Below are positions 1 through 11,300 of a DNA stretch of 64,000 nucleotides, one piece after another. The stretch spans positions 12,059,337 through 12,123,336 of the forward strand of contig CM082586.2 in assembly GCA_040954595.2 (NCBI GenBank), written 5' to 3'. The translations under genes and the position numbers were made by a program. The notes beneath the pieces are model-generated. The model was not told the DNA's origin. It worked only from the letters and a program-made list of their open reading frames with translations, and did not search any database. How positions within the stretch are numbered: position 1 is the first letter of the stretch; each line of letters begins with the position of its first letter. The stretch is from Balanoglossus misakiensis (taxonomy: Eukaryota > Animalia > Hemichordata).

Positions 1-3000
1 AATAATTTAATTTCTTACATCATAAAATGAATTCAAAGAATGGTCACATAACAGGATATGTTTTACTAAAAAGACTTATGTAAAGTTACAAGGCTTTGTT
101 TTGGAATAACGAATTCACTACAAGATTTAAGTGGAACAGTCACAGAATGAAAACAAATATGGAAAGAGTTATGCTGGAATGTTATAAGGGATAGATTAAT
201 ATTGCAAATAAGTTAATTTCTTACATCATAAAATAAATTCAAAGAATGGTCACATAACAGGATATGTTTTACTAAAAAGACTTATGTTATAGTTTCAAGG
301 CTTTGTTTTGGAATAAAGAATTCTCTCCAAGATTTAAGTTGAACAGTTACAGAATGAAAACAAATATTCAAATAGTTATGCCAGAATGTTGTAAGGGATA
401 GATTAATATTGCAAATAATTTAATTTCTTACATCATAAATGGAATTCGAAGAAACGTCACGTAACAGGATATGTATAGTTTCAAGGCTTTGTTTTGGAAT
501 AACGAATTCTCTACAAGATTTAAGTGGAACAGTCACAGAATGAAAACAAATATGGAAAGAGTTATGTCGGAATGTTGTAAGGGATAGATTAATATTGCAA
601 ATAATTTAATTTCTTACATCATAAATGGAATTCAAAGAATGGTCACATAACGGGCCATGTTTTACAAAAAGACTTTTGTATAGTTTCAAGGCTTTGTTTT
701 GGAATAACGAATTCTCTCCAAGATTTAAGTGGAACAGTCACAGAATGAAAACAAATATGGAAAGAGTTATGCTGGAATGTTATAAGGGATAGATTAATAT
801 TGCAAATAATTTAATTTCTTACATCATAAAATAAATTCAAAGAATGGTCACATAACAGGATATGTTTTACTAAAAAGACTTATGTTATAGTTTGAAGGCT
901 TTGTTTTGGAATAACGAATTCTCTACAAGATTTAAGTGGAACAGTCACAGAATGAAAACAAATATGGAAAGAGTTATGCCGGAATGTTGTAAGGAATAGA
1001 TTAATATTGCAAATAATTTAATTTCTTACATCATAAAATATATTCAAAGAATGGTCACATAACAGGATATGTTTTACTAAAAAGACTTATGTTATAGTTT
1101 CAAGGCTTTGTTTTGGAATAACGAATTCTCTCCAAGATTTAAGTTGAACAGTTACAGAATGAAAACAAATATTCAAATAGTTATGCCAGAATGTTGTAAG
1201 GGATAGATTAATATTGCAAATAATTTAATTTCTTACATCATAAATGGAATTCAAAGAAACGTCACGTAACAGGATATGTATAGTTTCAAGGCTTTGTTTT
1301 GGAATAACGAATTCTCTACAAGATTTAAGTGGAACAGTCACAGAATGAAAACAAATATGGAAAGAGTTATGTCGGAATGTTGTAAGGGATAGATTAATAT
1401 TGCAAATAATTTAATTTCTTACATCATAAATGGAATTCAAAGAATGGTCACATAAGGGCCATGTTTTACTAAAAAGACTTATGTATAGTTTCAAGGCTTT
1501 GTTTTGGAATAACGAATTCTCTCCAAGATTTAAGTTGAACAGTTACAGAATGAAAACAAATATTCAAATAGTTATGCCAGAATGTTGTAAGGGATAGATT
1601 AATATTGCAAATAATTTAATTTCTTACATCATAAATGGAATTCAAAGAATGGTCACATAACGGGCCATGTTTTACAAAAAGACTTTTGTATAGTTTCAAG
1701 GCTTTGTTTTGGAATAACGAATTCTCTACAGGATTTAAGTGGAACAGTCACAGAATGAAAACAAATATGGAAAGAGTTATGCTGGAATGTTGTAAGGGAT
1801 AGATTAATATTGCAAATAATTTAATTTCTTACATCATAAAATGAATTCAAAGAATGGTCACATAACAGGATATGTTTTACTAAAAAGACTTATGTAAAGT
1901 TACAAGGCTTTGTTTTGGAATAACGAATTCACTACAAGATTTAAGTGGAACAGTCACAGAATGAAAACAAATATGGAAAGAGTTATGCTGGAATGTTATA
2001 AGGGATAGATTAATATTGCAAATAAGTTAATTTCTTACATCATAAAATAAATTCAAAGAATGGTCACATAACAGGATATGTTTTACTAAAAAGACTTATG
2101 TTATAGTTTCAAGGCTTTGTTTTGGAATAAAGAATTCTCTCCAAGATTTAAGTTGAACAGTTACAGAATGAAAACAAATATTCAAATAGTTATGCCAGAA
2201 TGTTGTAAGGGATAGATTAATATTGCAAATAATTTAATTTCTTACATCATAAATGGAATTCGAAGAAACGTCACGTAACAGGATATGTATAGTTTCAAGG
2301 CTTTGTTTTGGAATAACGAATTCTCTACAAGATTTAAGTGGAACAGTCACAGAATGAAAACAAATATGGAAAGAGTTATGTCGGAATGTTGTAAGGGATA
2401 GATTAATATTGCAAATAATTTAATTTCTTACATCATAAATGGAATTCAAAGAATGGTCACATAACGGGCCATGTTTTACAAAAAGACTTTTGTATAGTTT
2501 CAAGGCTTTGTTTTGGAATAACGAATTCTCTCCAAGATTTAAGTGGAACAGTCACAGAATGAAAACAAATATGGAAAGAGTTATGCTGGAATGTTATAAG
2601 GGATAGATTAATATTGCAAATAATTTAATTTCTTACATCATAAAATAAATTCAAAGAATGGTCACATAACAGGATATGTTTTACTAAAAAGACTTATGTT
2701 ATAGTTTGAAGGCTTTGTTTTGGAATAACGAATTCTCTACAAGATTTAAGTGGAACAGTCACAGAATGAAAACAAATATGGAAAGAGTTATGCCGGAATG
2801 TTGTAAGGAATAGATTAATATTGCAAATAATTTAATTTCTTACATCATAAATGGAATTCAAAGAAACGCCACGTAACAGGATATGTATCGTTTCAAGGCT
2901 TTGTTTTGGAATAACGAATTCTCTACAAGATTTAAGTGGAATAGTCACAGAATGAAAACAAATATGGAAAGAGTTATGTCGGTATGTTGTAAGGGATAGA

Positions 3001-6000
3001 TTAATATTGCAAATAATTTAATTTCTTACATCATAAATGGAATTCAAAGAATGGTCACATAACGGGCCATGTTTTACTAAAAAGACTTATGTATAGTTTC
3101 AAGGCTTTGTTTTGGAATAACGAATTCTCTCCAAGATTTAAGTTGAACAGTTACAGAATGAAAACAAATATTCAAATAGTTATGCCAGAATGTTGTAAGG
3201 GATAGATTAATATTGCAAATAATTTAATTTCTTACATCATAAATGGAATTCAAAGAATGGTCACATAACGGGCCATGTTTTACAAAAAGACTTTTGTATA
3301 GTTTCAAGGCTTTGTTTTGGAATAACGAATTCTCTACAGGATTTAAGTGGAACAGTCACAGAATGAAAACAAATATGGAAAGAGTTATGCTGGAATGTTG
3401 TAAGGGATAGATTAATATTGCAAATAATTTAATTTCTTACATCATAAAATGAATTCAAAGAATGGTCACATAACAGGATATGTTTTACTAAAAAGACTTA
3501 TGTATAGTTACAAGGCTTTGTTTTGGAATAACGAATTCTCTACAAGATTTAAGTGGAACAGTCACAGAATGAAAACAAATATGGAAAGAGTTATGCTGGA
3601 ATGTTATAAGGGATTGATTAATATTGCAAATAATTTAATTTCTTACATCATAAAATGAATTCAAAGAATGGTCACATAACGGGCCATGTTTTACTAAAAA
3701 GACTTATGTTATAGATTCAAGGCTTTGTTTTGGAATAACGAATTCTCTACAAGATTTAAGTGGAACAGTCACAGAATGAAAACAAATATGGAAAGAGTTA
3801 TGCCGGAATGTTGTAAGGGATAGATTAATATTGCAAAAAATTTAATTTCTTACATCATAAATGGAATTCAAAGACAGGTCACGTAACAGGATATGTATAG
3901 TTTCAAGCCTTTGTTTTGGAGTAACGAATTCTCTACAAGATTTAAGTGGAACAGTCACAGAATGGAAACAAATATGGAAAGAGTTATGCTGAAATGTTGT
4001 AAGGGATAGATTAATATTGCATACAATTTAATTTCTTACATCATAAATGGAATTAAAATAATGGTCACATAACAGGATATGTTTTACTAAAAAGACTTAT
4101 GTATAGGTTCAATAATTTGTGTTGAAATACCAAATTCTCTACAAGATTTAAGTGGAACAGTCACAGAATGAAAACAAATATTCAAATAGTTATGCCAGAA
4201 TGTTGTAAGGGATAGATTAATATTGCAAATAATTTAATTTCTTACATCATAAATGGAATTCAAAGAATGGTCACATAACGGGCCATGTTTTACAAAAAGA
4301 CTTTTGTATAGTATCAAGGCTTTGTTTTGGAATAACGAATTCTCTCCAAGATTTAAGTGGAACAGTCACAGAATGAAAACAAATATGGAAAGAGTTATGC
4401 TGGAATGTTATAAGGGATAGATTAATATTGCAAATAATTTAATTTCTTACATCATAAAATAAATTCAAAGAATGGTCACATAACAGGATATGTTTTACTA
4501 AAAAGACTTATGTTATAGTTTCAAGGCTTTGTTTTGGAATAACGAATTCTCTACAAGATTTAAGTGGAACAGTCACAGAATGAAAACAAATATGGAAAGA
4601 GTTATGCCGGAATGTTGTAAGGAATAGATTAATATTGCAAATAATTTAATTTCTTACATCATAAATGGAATTCAAAGAAACGTCACGTAACAAGATATGT
4701 ATCGTTTCAAGGCTTTGTTTTGGAATAACGAATTCTCTACAAGATTTAAGTGGAACAGTCACAGAATGAAAACAAATATGGAAAGAGTTATGTTGGTATG
4801 TTGTAAGGGATAGATTAATATTGCAAATAATTTAATTTCTTACATCATAAATGGAATTCAAAGAATGGTCACATAACGGGCCATGTTTTACTAAAAAGAC
4901 TTATGTATAGTTTCAAGGCTTTGTTTTGGAATAACGAATTCTCTCCAAGATTTAAGTTGAACAGTTACAGAATGAAAACAAATATTCAAATAGTTATGCC
5001 AGAATGTTGTAAGGGATAGATTAATATTGCAAATAATTTAATTTCTTACATCATAAATGGAATTCAAAGAATGGTCACATAACGGGCCATGTTTTACAAA
5101 AAGACTTTTGTATAGTATCAAGGCTTTGTTTTGGAATAACGAATTCTCTCCAAGATTTAAGTGGAACAGTCACAGAATGAAAACAAATATGGAAAGAGTT
5201 ATGCTGGAATGTTATAAGGGATAGATTAATATTGCAAATAATTTAATTTCTTACATCATAAAATAAATTCAAAGAATGGTCACATAACAGGATATGTTTT
5301 ACTAAAAAGACTTATGTTATAGTTTCAAGGCTTTGTTTTGGAATAACGAATTCTCTACAAGATTTAAGTGGAACAGTCACAGAATGAAAACAAATATGGA
5401 AAGAGTTATGCCGGAATGTTGTAAGGAATAGATTAATATTGCAAATAATTTAATTTCTTACATCATAAATGGAATTCAAAGAAACGTCACGTAACAAGAT
5501 ATGTATCGTTTCAAGGCTTTGTTTTGGAATAACGAATTCTCTACAAGATTTAAGTGGAACAGTCACAGAATGAAAACAAATATGGAAAGAGTTATGTTGG
5601 TATGTTGTAAGGGATAGATTAATATTGCAAATAATTTTATTTCTTACATCATAAATGGAATTCAAAGAATGGTCACATAACGGGCCATGTTTTACTAAAA
5701 AGACTTATGTATAGTTTCAAGGCTTTGTTTTGGAATAACGAATTCTCTCCAAGATTTAAGTTGAACAGTTACAGAATGAAAACAAATATTCAAATAGTTA
5801 TGCCAGAATGTTGTAAGGGATAGATTAATATTGCAAATAATTTAATTTCTTACATCATAAATGGAATTCAAAGAATGGTCACATAACGGGCCATGTTTTA
5901 CAAAAAGACTTTTGTATAGTTTCAAGGCTTTGTTTTGGAATAACGAATTCTCTACAAGATTTAAGTGGAACAGTCACAGAATGAAAACAAATATGGAAAG

Positions 6001-7466
6001 AGTTATGCTGGAATGTTATAAGGGATAGATTAATATTGCAAATAATTTAATTTCTTACATCATAAAATGAATTCAAAGAATGGTCACATAACAGGATATG
6101 TTTTACTAAAAAGACTTATGTTATAGTTTCAAGGCTTTGTTTTGGAATAACGAATTCTCTACAAGATTTAAGTGGAACAGTCACAGAATGAAAACAAATA
6201 TGGAAAGAGTTATGCCGGAATGTTGTAAGGAATAGATTAATATTGCAAATAATTTAATTTCTTACATCATAAATGGAATTCAAAGAAACGTCACGTAACA
6301 AGATATGTATCGTTTCAAGGCTTTGTTTTGGAATAACGAATTCTCTACAAGATTTAAGTGGAACAGTCACAGAATGAAAACAAATATGGAAAGAGTTATG
6401 TTGGTATGTTGTAAGGGATAGATTAATATTGCAAATAATTTAATTTCTTACATCATAAATGGAATTCAAAGAATGGTCACATAACGGGCCATGTTTTACT
6501 AAAAAGACTTTTGTATAGTTTCAAGGCTTTGTTTTGGAATAACGAATTCTCTACAAGATTTAAGTGGAACAGTCACAGAATGAAAACAAATATGGAAAGA
6601 GTTATGCTGGAATGTTATAAGGGATAGATTAATATTGCAAATAATTTAATTTCTTACATCATAAAATGAATTCAAAGAATGGTCACATAACGGGCCATGT
6701 TTTACTAAAAAGACTTATGTTATAGATTCAAGGCTTTGTTTTGGAATAACGAATTCTCTACAAGATTTAAGTGGAACAGTCACAGAATGAAAACAAATAT
6801 GGAAAGAGTTATGCCGGAATGTTGTAAGGGATAGATTAATATTGCAAAAAATTTAATTTCTTACATCATAAATGGAATTCAAAGACAGGTCACGTAACAG
6901 GATATGTATAGTTTCAAGCCTTTGTTTTGGAGTAACGAATTCTCTACAAGATTTAAGTGGAACAGTCACAGAATGGAAACAAATATGGAAAGAGTTATGC
7001 TGAAATGTTGTAAGGGATAGATTAATATTGCATACAATTTAATTTCTTACATCATAAATGGAATTAAAATAATGGTCACATAACAGGATATGTTTTACTA
7101 AAAAGACTTATGTATAGGTTCAATAATTTGTGTTGAAATACCAAATTCTCTACAAGATTTAAGTGGAACAGTCACAGAATGAAAACAAATATAGAAAGAG
7201 TTATGCCTGAATGTTGTAAGGGATAGATTAATATTGCAAATAATTTAATTTCTTATATCATAAATGGAATTCAAAGAATGGTCACATAACGGGCCATGTT
7301 TTACTAAAAAGACTTATGTATAGTTTCAAGGCTTTGTTTTGGAATAACGAATTCTCTCCAAGATTTAAGTTGAACAGTTACAGAATGAAAACAAATATTC
7401 AAATAGTTATGCCAGAATGTTGTAAGGGATAGATTAATATTGCAAATAATTTAATTTCTTACATCA
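1..7466. repeat. AT-rich satellite array, ~206-bp monomer with 186-bp variant (segment 1)
   Basis: The motif ATAATTTAATTTCTTACATC (one copy ATAAGTT...) recurs at 2, 208, 415, 601 and 806, spacings 206, 207, 186 and 205. A typical monomer has two GAATTC sites. The array runs off the left edge of the window. Confidence 0.99.
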
Positions 7467-8013
7467 TGTAACTGCAACCTACAGGCACTTCCTTTGCAGT
7501 CCGTTCACTGAGGGAGGCGACTCTTCCAAGTTTACGGGTCCCGTTAGCCTATGCGATGTGGCTCACCTTGTAGGTCAAATCGAGGTCATCTGTCGCTGCG
7601 TCACCGCCTCGACAGCCATATACGTGTATACAAAGTCACTACAGTCCAAGTTATGCGAATTCAAGATGCTGTCCGCATCCTTTAATGTCGCCGGAAAATA
7701 CTGTAACAACCAACACGTCAAAACGAATACATCCACAAACTGCCTACCGAAAATAGATCCGCAATAGATCAGTCAACTGTCGACATCTACACCCGAACGG
7801 TGGCTCATAGCATCACAAACAGAACCGTAAAACTTTTGTGTTTTTGGGTCGCCATTCCTCAGGCCTCGTTTTCAATCCAGAATGACCTCAGAGTAAGCAT
7901 GAAAGGTCACGAAAGGCGCCCTCTCTGGCAGAAACAAACAAATCTTGAATTTGCCCTCACAGCAAACAGAGGGTGGCAAAAACACTAAAATAAGGAGAGG
8001 TTTGGCGTCTACA
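7467..8013 (-). repeat. 3' LTR (547 bp)
   Basis: Plus strand reads TGTAACTGCAACC...GGCGTCTACA. No difference from 14330-14876 was found by eye, and the small ORF translations in both copies are identical. Confidence 0.97.
7681..7686 (-). terminator. Putative polyadenylation signal ATTAAA in the 3' LTR (copy at 14544-14549)
   Basis: Plus-strand TTTAAT is ATTAAA on the element sense strand, downstream of the inferred transcription start within the LTR. Confidence 0.45.
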
Positions 8014-8025
8014 TACCGGCCCCCA
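8014..8025 (-). promoter_or_regulatory. Polypurine-tract (plus-strand primer) position
   Basis: The minus strand reads TGGGGGCCGGTA immediately before the TGT of the 3' LTR, a short G-rich tract at the expected position. Confidence 0.7.
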
Positions 8026-8332
8026 ATTGTCAATAACGTTCAATGTGACAATTTTCTCGTATTCATACACAAAGACGCCATAATCAATACTCGTCGCAAA
8101 ATGCAAATGTGAATGTTCCTCACTTTCTAGCAAATTGTTCTGTAATGAAGCGTCTCTCACAATGTTCAAGTGTCTCTAAAGTCTAGAGTTGAATGCAGAG
8201 TTCACCAATAACCTGTAAAACAACTGATTCAACATACAAATGGAAACTGTTTTCAAACGAATAAAGACGTGATACATCAAAGCATTGTCCCTAATCTCTG
8301 ACTATGCTCATTTGGATGATCAAATGTCCTAT

Positions 8333-11300
8333 CTAATCTACTTCTAACAATAAACAGAGTTTGTCAATGGGTCGCTCCAACACCGTGGATCTTGTCTTCA
8401 ACTTCACACGTCGCACTAATCCTTTGCTGTCTGGCATGACTTCAATCACTCTTCCCATTGGCCACGAACACCTCGGTGAACTTTCATCTACCATCAGCAC
8501 GACATCCCCTACGGCTAGGTTTGGTTTTGGCTTCAACCACTTTTGTCGTTCCTGCAATGTCGGTAGGTATTCTTTGATCCAACGCTTCCAAAACAAATCA
8601 GCCATATACTGCACCTGTCTCCATCTCCGACGCGTATATAGGTCACTCTTTTCTGTCAAACTGGGTGACAAACTGGATCCTTTCATGGTCAATAACATAC
8701 TAGGTGTGAGCACCTCCAAATCTCCCACATCATCCGATGGTGTAGTGATAGGTCTGCTGTTGATTATATGCTCCACTTCACAAAGAAGCGTTTCCAAACC
8801 TTCATCATCTAGTAGTTGCTCCTTTGCTATGGCTTGCAACAACTGCCTCACTGTACGTATTTGGCGTTCCCACACACCACCAAAGTGTGATCCAGCAGGG
8901 GGATTGAAAATCCAATCAATGCCCCTTCTCAACAAGAATCCATGAATCTTGTCTTGGTTCCAATTGTCTATTTCTCGCTTCAGCTCTCGTTGGGCTCCGA
9001 CAAGGTTAGTACCATTATCAGACCGTATTTCTTTTACACTACCTCTTCTGGCAATGAATCTACGCAAAGCGTTGATACAGGAATCTGTGTCAAGACTGTC
9101 TGCTTTCTCTAGGTGTACTGCCCGTGAACTCAAACAAGTAAACATTACACCGTATCTCTTCACCACACTGCGTCCGCGCTTGATCTCTATCGGTCCAAAA
9201 TAATCAACACCTACTCTACTGAAGGGCGGTTCACCTGGTGTCAGACGATCGACCGGTAAATCAGCCATCTTCTGTTCCCCAGGTTTTGCTCTGAAACGAC
9301 GGCACGCAACACACTTGTTGATCAGCTCCCTTGCTGCCGAGTTCGCGCCCACCATCCAGTACCACTCTCTCAACCGCGCCAGCATACTGTTTCTTCCCAT
9401 GTGTCCTATACTCTCGTGGATATCGCGTAGTATCAGCTTAGATACATGTGTACCCTTTGGAATGATCAGTGGGTGTTTCATGTCCTCTGGCAACGCTGCT
9501 CGACTGATTCTTCCTCCAACTCTCAGCAAACCACCATCTCCGATCACCGGATCCAATTTATAGATGGGGCTGTTGCGTTTCACTCCATTTCCATCCACGT
9601 TGCTTCCCTTCAACATAGAAATCTCCTCCGGAAATGCATCCTGCTGCACGAATTTGATGATTGCATGTTCGGCCCGTTTAAGATCCTGAACACTGATCTG
9701 CCTAGACTGCATACACAGATGGGCTTCGCCTATCTTCCCTGCGGTCTTGCTCTTGCTCTTGTCTATCAACATCTGCTTGACTCTCAGGACATGTGCTACA
9801 GCTTTTTTCAAAGCGTACCAGCTGGAATAGTGATCCAGTAACTTGCATACTGTGTTTCTTGACTCATCTACATCACACACCTTTACTGCTGCAACTCTCT
9901 TGACCTCTGGGTCATCGCTCAGCAACTCATCAGAGTGATTAGCTTCTGGGTTCTCAAACCACTCAAGCTCCGGTTTTGATAGAAATTTGGGTCCATTCAT
10001 CCAGCGCTCATTCTTCAGGAACTTGTCAACTGGCTGTCCGCGTGAGCATTCGTCTGCTGGATTCTGGCTAGACTCAATATAGTGCCACTGCCTAGGTTCA
10101 GATCCTTCCCTGATCAAAGTTACCCGGTTGGCAACATAGGTATGGAACCTTGCCGTTTCATTGTTGATATAGCGTAGAACAGTCATGCTATCCGTCCAGA
10201 AGAATGTGTCGTCGACTTGCACATCCAACTCTCCTTTCAGGCTCCTATCCACTCGTACTGCTAATGTTGCAGCCGCCAATTCCATCCGTGGAACTGTAAT
10301 CTGCTTCAATGGGGCGACGCGCGTCTTACTCAACAGTAAAGCACAATGTACATCCCCATGCCCATTCACCATGCGTAGGTATGAAACGGTGCCATAGCCT
10401 AGCTCACTGGCATCTGAGAAGTGATGAAGTTGGACAGATACTGCTTCTCCAAATCCATCTGGCTTCAGACATCGGTTCACAAAGCAGTTTTCTTCTAACT
10501 TTGGCAAGTCGTTCATCCACTTCTCCCACCGTTTCTGTAGTTTAACTGGCATCTTTTCGTCCCAGTCTAGTTTCTGTTTGCATAAGTCCTGCAGAATGAT
10601 CTTCGCAGGCAGAATCGCTGGTGCTGCCAAGCCTAATGGATCAAACACAGAACTCACAATCGACAAAATTCCTCTTCTCGTAGCAGGTTTGTCTTTCATC
10701 GTGATGTTGAACCCAAATCTGTCCGATTCAACATCCCACTGCATACCAAGTGCTCTCTCTATTGGCAAGCTATCTTGGTCCAAATCTAAGTCTTTGATTT
10801 CTTTCGCTCTTTCTTCTTCTGGAATGGACTCCAGCACTGATCGACGGTTGCTAACCCATTTGGTTAGACGAAAACCTCCTCGGCTACACGCACTACGAAG
10901 GTTCTTTGACAGACCTCTGCCTGTTTCTTCTGTCGGCACCGACTTTAGCATGTCATCCACATAAAAGTCTTTCTTGATTGTATTGACGACATCTTCCTCA
11001 TGGTGCTCTGCACAGTCATCGGCTGTTTTCTTCAGAGCATAGTTGGCGCAACTAGGCGACGAAGTTGCTCCAAATATGTGTACTTTCATCCGGTATTCTT
11101 CTGGAGGATTGCTTGTATCCCCATCCGTCCACCACAGAAAGCGTTGAAAGTCACAACTTGCTTTCGGTACAGCTACCTGCGAAAACATGGACTCCACATC
11201 CGCCATCATTGCTACCGGCTCTTGACGGAAGCGCGTCAGAACTCCTAACAATGAGTTAGTGAGATCAGGGCCCTGCATAAGTTCTTTGTTCAATGATGTG

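Noticed and set aside
631-660. CENP-B box around ATAACGGG
   Set aside because: It does not fit TTCG-N4-A-N2-CGGG spacing on either strand.
7558-8169. ORFs in the LTRs and 3' UTR as env or accessory genes (also 14289-15008)
   Set aside because: Short, mostly non-ATG starts and antisense to the element. The 319-bp gap between the stop codon and the 3' LTR is too small for env.
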